Notes: generated by a model not told the origin, from the sequence alone. Positions 45,091 to 55,946 are shown, numbered from the stretch's first letter. The stretch: 63,636 nucleotides of DNA from an uncultured Muribaculaceae bacterium (GCA_964609615.1 CAZSRL010000001.1:29875-93510), one strand, 5' to 3'. Translations and numbers: made by a program.

Positions 45091-46349
45091 TATTTATCAT
45101 CTCCAATAATAATATCTAATACTCTTTTACTACAATTTCTTCCATCTAAATAATTAAATTTTTTATTAAATTTTTTATATTTGTTATTATATAAATCATA
45201 ATAAATATTTATATTTTTTATACTTTTTATTAAAGATTCTTCATCTTGAATTATTGGACCAGGTAATATTTTTAAATCCATATAAAAATCTCTTAATTTA
45301 TTTTTATACTCTTCTAAATCATACATATAAAACAAAATAGGTCTTTTTAAATTAGCATAATCAAAAAAAACGCTTGAATAATCAGTGATTAGTATGTCAC
45401 TAGTAATGTATAAATCATTTATATCATTATAATTTGATACATCAAATATAAATCCTTTATATTTTTTTAAATTAAGTTGATTTGTAACATAATAATGAGT
45501 TCTAAAAAGTAATACATATTCATCTGATATTTCACTTTGTATTTTATCTAAATCAATTCCTAGATTATAACAAAATCCACTTCCGGAATTATATTGATTA
45601 TCTCTAAAAGTAGGAGCATATAATATCACTTTTTTATTTTTGGGTAATCCAAGTTTTTTCTTAATATCATTTGATTGTTTTTTTGTTATGTCAAATAAAT
45701 CATCATTTCTTGGATATCCTGTTTCAATAATGATATCTTCTTTATTTAGTTCTTTAAGATTAAAAGATGAAATAAACTTTTCACTTGCAAATTTTGATGG
45801 TGAAATAAAGTAATTAAATCTTTTAACATCTTTGTCATTTGTTCTTTTAATTTCCTTTTTTGTTCGTAGTAAATTACTATCATATTTAATATCACATCTA
45901 AGGCATTTTAAAGGTGTTCCATGCCAACATTGAACAAATACTTGATCATTTCTTCTAATTATTTCTTCGTGCAATACAGCGTTTACAATAATGTATTTAG
46001 CCCTCGAATAATATTTATATGCTTTTCTACTTCTATCTTTTACAATAATCGTATTTTTATATCCTTTTAAATATTTTTTATTATCTTCAACGTTTTTAAA
46101 TAACCAAACATACTTATAATCTTTATATTTTTTGTCATTTAACATTTCTAAATACAAGCTTTTAGGATTATCAGAAAAATTTCTACCATTAAAAGATTGA
46201 AAAACAACTAATTTATCATCAGTTTTATTTGTAAAATAATAATATAAATATACTAATCTTTTTAAGAAAATTCTAGTATGCCTTAAAAAAGTACCTAAAG
46301 GTTTATATTTTTTACTTAAATTAATTAATGCTTTCTTTAACCATTTCAT
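45090..46349 (-). CDS. CDP-glycerol glycerophosphotransferase (TagF/TarF-like)
   Basis: CWHGTPLKCL, YAPTFRDNQ, TDYSSVFFDYANLKRPILFYMYD. Clear paralogue of 39656..40897. Confidence 0.88.
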   Translation of the reverse strand: MKWLKKALINLSKKYKPLGTFLRHTRIFLKRLVYLYYYFTNKTDDKLVVFQSFNGRNFSDNPKSLYLEMLNDKKYKDYKYVWLFKNVEDNKKYLKGYKNTIIVKDRSRKAYKYYSRAKYIIVNAVLHEEIIRRNDQVFVQCWHGTPLKCLRCDIKYDSNLLRTKKEIKRTNDKDVKRFNYFISPSKFASEKFISSFNLKELNKEDIIIETGYPRNDDLFDITKKQSNDIKKKLGLPKNKKVILYAPTFRDNQYNSGSGFCYNLGIDLDKIQSEISDEYVLLFRTHYYVTNQLNLKKYKGFIFDVSNYNDINDLYITSDILITDYSSVFFDYANLKRPILFYMYDLEEYKNKLRDFYMDLKILPGPIIQDEESLIKSIKNINIYYDLYNNKYKKFNKKFNYLDGRNCSKRVLDIIIGDDK

Positions 46350-46423
46350 ATGTTCACTTCTCCTGTTAGAAATATTATATCATTTTTAATACTTTAATTA
46401 AAGATTAAATAAAAATCTAGACA

Positions 46424-46843
46424 TTATCTAGATTTTGTTTTTATTCTTTCTTTCAATTCAGTAGTTGATATTCCTTGCGTTCTTGATAAATATACTACTT
46501 CAACACCTTCATCTTTTAAAAAGTCAAAAGCACCTACCCAATCATCTCCTATTACAAAAGTATCAATTTCATATTTTTTCATATCTAATACTTTTTGATC
46601 CCAATTTTCCTCAGGAATAACTTCATCAACACACTTTATAGCATCAACAATTGCACTTCTATCTTCAAATGATATTTGAGATTTTTTTCCTTTTTGAGCA
46701 TTAAATTCATCAGTTGAAACACCTACAATAAGAGTATCTCCAAGTTCTTTTGCTCTTTTTAATAAATTTAAATGACCTATGTGAAACAAATCATATGTTC
46801 CATAAGTAATAACTCTTTTTTCTCCCAATAGCTTTTTTTTCAT
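46424..46843 (-). CDS. tagD: Glycerol-3-phosphate cytidylyltransferase
   Basis: VITYGTYDLFHIGHLNLLKRAKELGD (HxGH) and RTQGISTT. 139 aa. Confidence 0.93.
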   Translation of the reverse strand: MKKKLLGEKRVITYGTYDLFHIGHLNLLKRAKELGDTLIVGVSTDEFNAQKGKKSQISFEDRSAIVDAIKCVDEVIPEENWDQKVLDMKKYEIDTFVIGDDWVGAFDFLKDEGVEVVYLSRTQGISTTELKERIKTKSR

Positions 46844-46882
46844 AATATCTTACTCCATTCTAATATTGAAATAATATTACTA

Positions 46883-48793
46883 TTATTTTTTACTATAATA
46901 ATCCGAGTCTAATATCAGATTATTAATTTCAATTTTAGTATTTACTTGTTTTGTGATTTTTTCAACGTAAGCCGCATCTTCTTTCGCATATTTTGTTTCA
47001 CCTGGTTTATAATTAATGTTGCCATCATACCATGATCCTCCTTTAAAGAATACATAGTTTTCATGTTCTTTTGAAAATACATCTGTACCTGTTGAATATA
47101 CTGGAGAATAATTCAAACTAAACATATTTGCAAGTATTGGTAATATATCTGCTGTATCTAAAATTGTGCTTACTTGTTTTCCTTTTGTATCATTATTCCA
47201 TATAACAAATGGAACATTTGTTATTAAGTTGGCATCTTTTGTTCCTTTTACTTCATTCAATAAAGAATAACCGTATGCTTGATGATCAGTTACGAATACT
47301 AAAACAGTATCATCTAATTTTTTATCTTGATTTAATCTTTTTAGTAATAATCTTATAAATTCATCTGTTTCATGAGCTTTAGCATATAAACAACTTGTTT
47401 CTTCATCACCTTCAATTTTATATTGAGGATATTTATTTACTAATGTTGTACATGCTCCATTGTTACCATATGGCAAATGTCCAGACATTGTTGTTATTAA
47501 AGTTGCAAATTTTTTGTTATCAGGTGCTATTTCTTTATATGTCTCATCTGTATTTACAAGTTCTGTATCAAATAATTTAAAATTCTTTTTATATTTTTTA
47601 TTAAGATAATTATAATGATGTTCAAATCCAATTGATAAATGCATATTTTCTCTATTATAATAATTGCCATCATTATAATGAATAGAATTTGCTGTATATC
47701 CTAGTTCTCTAAACATTTTGGGGAATGAATAGGTAAAAGTATTATTAGCATAGGTGTATGCAGCATTTTCCTCATTAGGTTGATACATACCAGTCATCAT
47801 AGCAAATTCAGTACTAAATGTTTTTCCTGCTCCAAAAGTTGTTGGTGCATATCTATTTGAAAAATTAAATCCTTCCGCTTGAAGACCATATAACGTTGGC
47901 ATGATTTCTTTTGTAACTAGAAAATTATCCATACTTTCCATCATTATATAAATTACATTTTTATTCTTATATATTCCTGTGTATTTATTATCAGTATGAG
48001 AATAAGGATTTTCTTTTATTAATGTATCTGCTTTTTTCTTTTGTTCACTTTTACTAGGTTCAGTTATTTTATTTTTAGCAGCGACGTATACAAATTTCCA
48101 CATATATTCTGGAACACCAGATACTTTCATAGCTCTTGTTCCATCATCATAATCACAATAAATATTTTTTGGAGTAACCATTGTTCTCATTTTTCCACTT
48201 TCAAGTTTTGGACCTAAGGCTACAAATCCTAATACTCTGAAAACAACAAAAACTAGAATTGCAATTAATAATATCAATTTTGTTGGTCTACTCATTTCAA
48301 GATTTTTAAGCATTTTATTACAAGCAATCATAAATAATACAAATAAAATAGTTGATAAAATTAATTCCCATTTTATTTGTGAAAACAATGATGTAACTTG
48401 CTCAGCACCCTCACTAACTAAAGATAAGTCAGATAAAGAAATTGCTCTTCCTAAAAATTTAAAATAAAAATAATTTACCAAAAAGAACAAAAAAAAGAAT
48501 CCAAAATAACAGTTAAATAAAATTATTTTTCCTTTTTTCTTTAATAAAGACATAACAATAGTAAATATAATAAAAATTGATATTGTAAATAAAAATGGAG
48601 GAGCTTCAATTAAACCATATCCAATAAAATAGTCCCTAATAACATATCTTAATGCAAAATCTAAATATAAAAATATTATTAAAGATAATATTGAGACTAA
48701 AATAAATAAAACTAAACCATTATTAAAAAATTCAATTAACGGCTTTCTTAATTTTTTCCATGTTTTTTTCAAGTCTTTAACTTCTTTCATCAT
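46883..48793 (-). CDS. LtaS-family (sulfatase-fold) glycerophosphate transferase, LtaS/GacH-like
   Basis: Five N-terminal TM helices and an extracellular sulfatase-like domain (VIYIMMESMDNF..., VFVTDHQAYGY). Confidence 0.8.
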   Translation of the reverse strand: MMKEVKDLKKTWKKLRKPLIEFFNNGLVLFILVSILSLIIFLYLDFALRYVIRDYFIGYGLIEAPPFLFTISIFIIFTIVMSLLKKKGKIILFNCYFGFFFLFFLVNYFYFKFLGRAISLSDLSLVSEGAEQVTSLFSQIKWELILSTILFVLFMIACNKMLKNLEMSRPTKLILLIAILVFVVFRVLGFVALGPKLESGKMRTMVTPKNIYCDYDDGTRAMKVSGVPEYMWKFVYVAAKNKITEPSKSEQKKKADTLIKENPYSHTDNKYTGIYKNKNVIYIMMESMDNFLVTKEIMPTLYGLQAEGFNFSNRYAPTTFGAGKTFSTEFAMMTGMYQPNEENAAYTYANNTFTYSFPKMFRELGYTANSIHYNDGNYYNRENMHLSIGFEHHYNYLNKKYKKNFKLFDTELVNTDETYKEIAPDNKKFATLITTMSGHLPYGNNGACTTLVNKYPQYKIEGDEETSCLYAKAHETDEFIRLLLKRLNQDKKLDDTVLVFVTDHQAYGYSLLNEVKGTKDANLITNVPFVIWNNDTKGKQVSTILDTADILPILANMFSLNYSPVYSTGTDVFSKEHENYVFFKGGSWYDGNINYKPGETKYAKEDAAYVEKITKQVNTKIEINNLILDSDYYSKK

Positions 48794-48894
48794 CCACGTC
48801 CTTTTTCTATAACTAATTATACAACAAAATAAGACTTAAATAAAGATTTTTTGCAGATATCAAAACATAAAAAAATAGAAAATATTAATATATT

Positions 48895-50355
48895 CTATTT
48901 CTCTATTATTCTTCCTATATCATTAAATTTAACAATCTCTATGTTTTTACATAAAAATAAAAATTGGTTTTTATACTTAGCATCATCCAAAACAATTTTG
49001 TTAATATTAGCATTTGAAAACATTTGCTTGAATGACTTTTTTATATAATATTTTTTTTTGTTTGTATTTATTTTATTATAAAAAATATCAATTATTGTTC
49101 TTTGAAATTTAGAATCATATGGAATTATTATTGCCTTATCTTTTGCATAATTTAGAAATGAAAGATTTTTCTCTATAGTATTATTATCCATTAATAAATA
49201 ATAATTACTTTTATATGTTAATTTTTTAATATAATAAATATTTTTCAATAAATTATTATATTCAGAAAAAAATACAATTATATTATCTTTTTTATTATTC
49301 AAAAAATAATTACTACAATTTTCATTTGTTCTCTTTTTACAACTATTTATTAATTTAGAAATTTTTGATTTGTTTTTTTTCGCCATTTGAATTTTTTGAA
49401 CATATTCTTCTAATTTATCTTCGCGATTGTTCTCGCTAACAAAACTAATAATTTTTTTTAAATCATCGCTACAATTTTTTTCATCTGTCTTAATTATTGC
49501 ATCACTCATGCATCCAAAAAAATCTTTTTTAAAATCTTTTTTATATATTTCATATGTTCTTTCAGAATAATATATAAAAAATCTATTAACTATATAATTA
49601 TAAAATTCATTATAATTTCTTTTTTTCTTATTTCGCAAATATTTATTTGAATCATTTAACATGTTTATAAATGATTTATAATGCTTTTCTGAATTATAAT
49701 TTGTAGAAGTAACTGATCTATCGTTGTATCTAACTCTATATAATGAATCTTTTAATATTGATATTTTTTTTGCAGAATCGACAACTTTTAACCAAAATAT
49801 TATATCTTCATAATAATAATTTTCCCCATATTTCAAATTATTCTTTAATAAAAAATCTTTGTCATACAAACATACTACAGTATAATATGGTCTTAAAGAT
49901 AGCATTTCTATACAATTTTTATTTGTTAATATTTTTTCATTAATAAAGGGTTTTTCTCTTGATTTCATTTCTTTTTTTGTTCTGTCATTAAATCTAGTCC
50001 AATCAAAGAAAACAAAATCACTTTTATCTTTTTCTATTTGTTTAACTGCAGTTTCTAATAATAAAGGATTTAATATATCATCTGAATCAAAAAACAATAT
50101 GTAATCTCCTTTAGCAGATTTAACTGCTAAATTCCTAGCATAACCTTGACCGTGATTCTTAATGTTTATAACATTTAAATTAGAAACATTTTTTTTATAT
50201 CTTTCTAATATTGATAAAGTATTATCAGTACTTCCATCATTTACTACAATCACTTCAAAATTAGTATATGTTTGCATATAAACGGAATCTAATGCATCTA
50301 ATAAATATTTTTCACTGTTATAAGCTGGGATAATTATACTTACTTTTTTTTTCAT
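48895..50355 (-). CDS. GT2 glycosyltransferase with a ~250-aa C-terminal extension of unknown function
   Basis: VSIIIPAYNSEKYLLDALDSVYMQTYTNFEVIVVNDGSTDN, FFDSDD. I did not recognise the C-terminal half. Confidence 0.8.
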   Translation of the reverse strand: MKKKVSIIIPAYNSEKYLLDALDSVYMQTYTNFEVIVVNDGSTDNTLSILERYKKNVSNLNVINIKNHGQGYARNLAVKSAKGDYILFFDSDDILNPLLLETAVKQIEKDKSDFVFFDWTRFNDRTKKEMKSREKPFINEKILTNKNCIEMLSLRPYYTVVCLYDKDFLLKNNLKYGENYYYEDIIFWLKVVDSAKKISILKDSLYRVRYNDRSVTSTNYNSEKHYKSFINMLNDSNKYLRNKKKRNYNEFYNYIVNRFFIYYSERTYEIYKKDFKKDFFGCMSDAIIKTDEKNCSDDLKKIISFVSENNREDKLEEYVQKIQMAKKNKSKISKLINSCKKRTNENCSNYFLNNKKDNIIVFFSEYNNLLKNIYYIKKLTYKSNYYLLMDNNTIEKNLSFLNYAKDKAIIIPYDSKFQRTIIDIFYNKINTNKKKYYIKKSFKQMFSNANINKIVLDDAKYKNQFLFLCKNIEIVKFNDIGRIIEK

Positions 50356-50377
50356 TATTAATCCTCCATATTATTAA

Positions 50378-53300
50378 TTAAATTTTTCGCGTTTTATAAA
50401 AAGTTGATGATATACATAATGCAACTTTTAAAAATTCTTGATAGTCGTTATTTAAGGTTATATTTAATAACTCTCTTTTTGCTCCACTTTTTATATCTTT
50501 TTCATATAAATATTGTTTATTATCTATTACAAAGTTTCTAAAACTATTATATATTTCTTTTCTTTCTTTTTCGGTATAACTATTAAATCTATATAAGTAA
50601 ATATATATATCATTTATAATTAGTTTAGATAAATATACATGTTTATCTTTTTCATTAGAATTTTCAATAATAGTACTTATTCTCTTCATACGTTCTTCAT
50701 AATTTTTTATAGTAATTGTATTTGTTATTGATGAATTGTCACCATAACTATACCAATTGTAAACACAATTTCTTATTACTCCAATTTTATCATAATAATC
50801 ATATATTTCTGACATAAATAATACATCCTCATATAACCCTTTTTCAAATTTTATACATGATTCTTTTAAACTAGTTAAATTGTATAATTTTGCGGTTGAA
50901 ATAGTATCATACAATAATAATCTTCTATTCTTTTTTAAATTAATATAATTTTTGTTAAATGTTTTTTTATACCAAAAATCAGTATATTTTGTATTAAAGT
51001 TTATTTTACGACATAATCCTGACACTAAATTCAGTTTATGTTCCTCAGCAAATTCCACTAGAAAATTGATTGAATATTTACATATTGTATCATCTGAATC
51101 AACAAATAAAACATATTTCCCATTTGCTTTTTCAATACCATAATTTCTAGTTAATCCAAGACCTTCATTTTTTTTATAATAATATTTTATTCTTCTGTAT
51201 TTTTTCGAAATATTTGAAGGATCTTCATTTGAACCATCATTAATAAGTAAAACCTCATAATTTTTATAACCAGAGTGTTTAATAGATTTTAACAAGGCCC
51301 CAATTGTATCTAAATTATTGTAAAATGGAACAATTATTGATACCAATGGTTGTTTTTTCTTTGAAGTATGTTTAATAATATTTTTTACTCTCTTTTTAAA
51401 AATCAACATATAAACATAAATATCTGTTTTAATTTTATTACCTTTTGAAAAAAATAGTTTTCTAATTATTTTACCAATTATTTTTCTCAATGTTTTTTTG
51501 TTTGTCTTTTCACCTTTTTTAGAACAAATACTTTTTTCTTTATCTATTGTTTCAAAAAGATCAAACCATTTTTTTGTAATAATTTCATTTGAAAACCTAT
51601 TAATAATATTCTTATTCATATCTTTATTAACTTTTATTCCTTTATTTAACACTTTTACATATTGTTCAATATTTCCAGTAGAAATAAGTTTACCATTGCT
51701 ATTATTTATCATTTCTTCAGCAGCAGTAAATGAATTATATGAATAAATAGGTACTCCGTATTTAGCGGCTTCCAATATAATATATGGAAATCCCTCTGAT
51801 AAACTAGTCATAATGATTCCTTGCTTATTTTTATACATTGCATCTTTATCAGAACAATAGCCATGAAGTATAATATTTGAATCTAATTTATTCTTTTTTA
51901 TTTCTTCATTAAATTCATTATATAATTTACCATCCCCATATACATGAAGTTTATAACTAGAATTAATTTTTTTTGAAGAAAATATTTTAATTAAATCAAA
52001 AATATTTTTATCTTCATCTAATCTTGAAATAAAAGCAAACTCTCCATTTTCTTTATAATAATTCTTTTTATCACTAAAGTCATAGCCATTTTCCATATAA
52101 GAAATAGCCGAACTCAAACTTTTTATAGAATTGTTTTTTATAAGATCACTATTATTTTTTGTTAAAAATAATAATCGTTTATAATTGTATATTTTTTTAT
52201 TATTTATAAAATCCAAATGCCAATGATAAACATTTCTTGACACTATATCCTTTGCATCACCATGAAACATACATATTGCATTTTTATTATATAAATAATT
52301 TTGCATTGCAACATATGAAGAATATTGACAACTAATAATATATCCATCGGTATTTTCTAAAATTGCTTTTGTAATTTGTGGATTATACTCATTGGATATC
52401 TTGATATCAAATAAATTATCTTTGTCAAAAATATAATTATTACTATTTGTTGATGCGAATTCCCTTAATCCAATAATTATTAATTTCGAATTATATTTTT
52501 TCTTAAATTCATTAGCTAAATTAGTAACAAATGTATGAACTCCACCAATTTGATTCAATTCATTAACTAAAAAAATTATTTCTTTTGTTTTTCTTGTTGT
52601 TGCATCAAATTTTAATTGTTCAACCAATTTTGATGTTGAATTTTTAATTTGATGTGGATAAAACTCTTTTCTTATTTTTTCAAGATTATTAGATATTTTG
52701 CTATTATTTAATAATTTATATAAATTCTCTTCATTTTGTACAATATATTTTTTTTCAACGTAATCTTCTAATTTAAACATAAACCCACGATCTTTTTCAT
52801 ATTCTTTTTTGTCATATTGATAAAAAATAGCAGGTTTTTTTAAAATAGAATAATCAAAAAATACACTGGAATAATCAGTAATTAATAAATCGGTAATTGC
52901 TAATAATCTATTAATAGATTTTTCTTTTGTACAATCAATAAACAATGAAGATTTTTTGATTTTATTTAAATAATGTGGTTTAATTAATAAAACATAATCA
53001 CCATTTAAATGTTCCTTGATTTTTTTAGGATCAAAAGGCAACTTAAATTTTCCTTCTTTTCTAAATGTTGGAGCATATAATAATACTTTTTTTTCTTTTT
53101 CAATACCTAATTCTTTTTTTATTTCTTCTTTTTCTTTATCACTAATGAATAACTCATCTGTTCTAGAAATAGATGTTTCTAAAACTTCTCTAGAATAAAG
53201 CATTGAGTTTCTTAAAAAATTATTGGTATAATTTTTTGATGGAGAAATCATTAAATCTGCGTTATTACTATATGATAAAGCTTCTTCATAATTATCAGGA

Positions 53301-53614
53301 TTTAAATCAACAAACATATTTTTATATGGAATTCCATGCCATACGCTTACTCTTTTTTGGTTATAAAATACCTTAAATGGAAGATTTGTTCCGGCATCAA
53401 TTATATATTCAGCAGTGTTTTTTAAATATTGTGAATACTCATCATGATTATTCACATAATTTACTCCTTCTATTTTTTTTCTATTTTGATACAAATCACT
53501 TATAACATAAACATCAAATTGTTCCTTATAGTACTTTGTAAAATTTATAATATCCCCCATAACTTTTCCATTATGTGCTGAAGGAATTAATAATATTTTC
53601 TTTTTTATTGTCAT
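50378..53614 (-). CDS. Tri-domain teichoic-acid/glycopolymer synthase: TagF-like glycerophosphotransferase + GT4 + GT2
   Basis: aa ~1-335 are TagF-like (VWHGIPYKNMF, YAPTFRKEG, ITDYSSVFFDYSILKKPAIFYQYD). aa ~345-690 are GT4 (LSEGFPYIILEAAKYGVPIYSY, an EX7E motif). aa ~745-1000 are GT2 (VSIIVPFYNN, LINDGSNED, FVDSDD). Single uninterrupted 1078-codon ORF. Confidence 0.85.
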   Translation of the reverse strand: MTIKKKILLIPSAHNGKVMGDIINFTKYYKEQFDVYVISDLYQNRKKIEGVNYVNNHDEYSQYLKNTAEYIIDAGTNLPFKVFYNQKRVSVWHGIPYKNMFVDLNPDNYEEALSYSNNADLMISPSKNYTNNFLRNSMLYSREVLETSISRTDELFISDKEKEEIKKELGIEKEKKVLLYAPTFRKEGKFKLPFDPKKIKEHLNGDYVLLIKPHYLNKIKKSSLFIDCTKEKSINRLLAITDLLITDYSSVFFDYSILKKPAIFYQYDKKEYEKDRGFMFKLEDYVEKKYIVQNEENLYKLLNNSKISNNLEKIRKEFYPHQIKNSTSKLVEQLKFDATTRKTKEIIFLVNELNQIGGVHTFVTNLANEFKKKYNSKLIIIGLREFASTNSNNYIFDKDNLFDIKISNEYNPQITKAILENTDGYIISCQYSSYVAMQNYLYNKNAICMFHGDAKDIVSRNVYHWHLDFINNKKIYNYKRLLFLTKNNSDLIKNNSIKSLSSAISYMENGYDFSDKKNYYKENGEFAFISRLDEDKNIFDLIKIFSSKKINSSYKLHVYGDGKLYNEFNEEIKKNKLDSNIILHGYCSDKDAMYKNKQGIIMTSLSEGFPYIILEAAKYGVPIYSYNSFTAAEEMINNSNGKLISTGNIEQYVKVLNKGIKVNKDMNKNIINRFSNEIITKKWFDLFETIDKEKSICSKKGEKTNKKTLRKIIGKIIRKLFFSKGNKIKTDIYVYMLIFKKRVKNIIKHTSKKKQPLVSIIVPFYNNLDTIGALLKSIKHSGYKNYEVLLINDGSNEDPSNISKKYRRIKYYYKKNEGLGLTRNYGIEKANGKYVLFVDSDDTICKYSINFLVEFAEEHKLNLVSGLCRKINFNTKYTDFWYKKTFNKNYINLKKNRRLLLYDTISTAKLYNLTSLKESCIKFEKGLYEDVLFMSEIYDYYDKIGVIRNCVYNWYSYGDNSSITNTITIKNYEERMKRISTIIENSNEKDKHVYLSKLIINDIYIYLYRFNSYTEKERKEIYNSFRNFVIDNKQYLYEKDIKSGAKRELLNITLNNDYQEFLKVALCISSTFYKTRKI

Positions 53615-54618
53615 TACTTCACCTCATTTTGTTTATAGTTCCATGAATCTCTACACATATCTTCTAGACTCATTTTTGCTTCCCAATTTAGTTCTTTTTT
53701 TGCTTTTGAAGCATCAGCAAATGAAACTTCAATATCTCCTTCTCTTCTTGCAATAAATTTATATGGTACTTCAATATTATTTACTTTTTCAAATGTTTTA
53801 ATCATTTCTAAAACAGAATACCCAACTCCTGTTCCTAAATTATAAATATTAATACCTTGTTTTATATTTTTCAATGCTTGAATATGTCCTTTTGCTAAAT
53901 CACACACATGAATGAAATCTCTCACTCCAGTTCCATCACTAGTGTTATAATCATTTCCAAAAATACTTATAGAATCAAGTTCTTTACTAGCAGCTTTTAT
54001 TATTATAGGCATTAAATTATTAGGAATTCCTTTTGGAGATTCACCCAAATATCCACTTTCATGTCCTCCAACAGGATTAAAGTATCTTAAAATTGTAATA
54101 TTCATATCATTGTTTGCTTTCGAATAATCTTTAAGAATATCTTCTATTATTAACTTTGTTCTTCCATAAGGATTAATAATATTATCAGAATTTACTTTTT
54201 CGGTTTCTTTAACTGGTACATTTTTAGTATTACCATACACTGTTGCAGATGAACTAAAAATAAAGTTTTTTATATTTAATTCCTTCATATTTTCCAATAA
54301 GACAATAGTTGAAATAAGATTACTGTCATAATATGAAAGAGGATCTGCAACAGATTCTCCTACTGATTTTAATCCAGCAAAATGTATAACTGCTTCAATT
54401 TTTTCATCATTCATTATTTTGAAAAGTTGAGTTTTATCTCTTAAATCGACATCATAAAATTTAGGTTTTATATTAGTAATTTTATTTATTTTATCAACAA
54501 CATTTTTATCAGAATTACATAGATTATCAACAATTACAACTTCATAATTCTCTTTAATTAATTCAACAACCGTATGACTTCCAATAAAACCAGTTCCACC
54601 CGTTACTAATATCTTCAT
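53614..54618 (-). CDS. galE: UDP-glucose 4-epimerase
   Basis: MKILVTGGTGFIGSH, YGRTKL (YxxxK), RYFNPVG, RDFIHV. 334 aa. Confidence 0.9.
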   Translation of the reverse strand: MKILVTGGTGFIGSHTVVELIKENYEVVIVDNLCNSDKNVVDKINKITNIKPKFYDVDLRDKTQLFKIMNDEKIEAVIHFAGLKSVGESVADPLSYYDSNLISTIVLLENMKELNIKNFIFSSSATVYGNTKNVPVKETEKVNSDNIINPYGRTKLIIEDILKDYSKANNDMNITILRYFNPVGGHESGYLGESPKGIPNNLMPIIIKAASKELDSISIFGNDYNTSDGTGVRDFIHVCDLAKGHIQALKNIKQGINIYNLGTGVGYSVLEMIKTFEKVNNIEVPYKFIARREGDIEVSFADASKAKKELNWEAKMSLEDMCRDSWNYKQNEVK

Positions 54619-54697
54619 TATATTACCTCATTTCTATTTTATTTTACCATAATTAATATTACATATCAATTTTTATTACACACATAAAAAAAGCAAA

Positions 54698-55768
54698 TTA
54701 ATGCTTTTTTTGATTAGTTTTATTATTTAATTGTTCTTGTATTTCCCGTTCTTCAAATAATTCATTAAAATATTTTTTAAACTTATTTGACTGTTTTTTC
54801 CAAGTGTATTGTTTAACATTTTTTAAATTTTCGTCCCTTAACTCATCAATAATATCCAAATTATTTAATAAAAAAATGATTTTTTCCTTTAAACATTTTT
54901 TTGTTCTTTTTTTTAAAATAAACTCTGATTGTTTTTTTCCTAGTACTTTGCCGACAATACCAACATCTGTTGAAATAATAGGAATTCCGCATGCCATGCT
55001 TTCTAAAACAGGGTTTGGAGTCCCTTCTTCTTTTGATGTACATATATACAAATCTATTTTTGAATAGTATTCACACATATCTTCATAAGGAATCATTCTT
55101 TCCTGTCTATCAGCGAAATACATTTTTATAGGATATCCTTCTTCAATTAGTTCGTTTAATACAGGTTTTAATATTGTATTAACACCTTTAATATCTTTTC
55201 TTTTATCTTGACCCCACGCACTATTACCACACCATCCTATTACTAATTTTCTTTTATTAATATTATTAAATCTTTCTAAATTCATAGGGTAGAATTTTTT
55301 TAAATCAACACCATCAGAAATAACAGTTTTAGGGTGATATTTAATATCAAAATCATTATATAAATCAAAAAGTTTATTTGAACAAGTGTAATAATTTTTA
55401 CAATTAGAAAAAATGATTTTTGTCATTTTTAATTCTTTATCAATATAGTAATGATCATACACAGCAGTAGAAATAATTTTCTTATCAACATATTTTTTTC
55501 TAAATGTAGCAGGATTTTCTCCTAATTCAGAAACATATCTATCAAATGAAGGATCATATATCCAATAAATATATCCTCTCCAAAAAAAATGCACTAAATC
55601 ACAATCTTTTGTTAATAAAAAAAGTTTCACCTTATTTTCATTTAGATAAATAGATGGAATAATTTTGAAATCAAAATCATTTCTTAAGTTTTCTGATACT
55701 CTATTAGCAATGTTTACAAATGCCCAGTCATCTCTATCTACAATTAAAGCTATTTTTTTCTTTTGCAT
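54698..55768 (-). CDS. GT4-family (GT-B) glycosyltransferase
   Basis: C-terminal EEGTPNPVLESMACGIPIISTDVG (EX7E-type motif). 356 aa. Confidence 0.75.
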   Translation of the reverse strand: MQKKKIALIVDRDDWAFVNIANRVSENLRNDFDFKIIPSIYLNENKVKLFLLTKDCDLVHFFWRGYIYWIYDPSFDRYVSELGENPATFRKKYVDKKIISTAVYDHYYIDKELKMTKIIFSNCKNYYTCSNKLFDLYNDFDIKYHPKTVISDGVDLKKFYPMNLERFNNINKRKLVIGWCGNSAWGQDKRKDIKGVNTILKPVLNELIEEGYPIKMYFADRQERMIPYEDMCEYYSKIDLYICTSKEEGTPNPVLESMACGIPIISTDVGIVGKVLGKKQSEFILKKRTKKCLKEKIIFLLNNLDIIDELRDENLKNVKQYTWKKQSNKFKKYFNELFEEREIQEQLNNKTNQKKH

Positions 55769-55935
55769 ATTTTCACTACCTTTGCTTTGTTTTTTTGTAT
55801 TTTATCTAAAACTTTAAAACACTTTCTATTTTTCATTTTAGCAATATTTTTTTTCATAATTCTGTTTTCCGATTCTAAAGCTTCAATTTGCATTTTATAT
55901 TTACATATTTCTTTATTATCATTCATAATTTTCAA
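55750..55935 (-). CDS. Small Lys-rich coiled-coil ORF (61 aa), coding status uncertain
   Basis: Fills the tagO-GT4 gap on the coding strand and has an SD-like AGAGGTA upstream. It overlaps the GT4 start by 19 nt and matches no recognisable family. Confidence 0.3.
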   Translation of the reverse strand: MKIMNDNKEICKYKMQIEALESENRIMKKNIAKMKNRKCFKVLDKIQKNKAKVVKICKRKK

Positions 55936-55946
55936 ATACCTCTTAA

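Noticed and set aside
54804-55067. ORFs 54804..55067 (+), 54861..55043 (-) and 55763..55954 (+) around the GT4 gene and the small ORF
   Set aside because: They overlap the GT4 gene or the tagO-GT4 junction in other frames, with no SD and low-complexity sequence.
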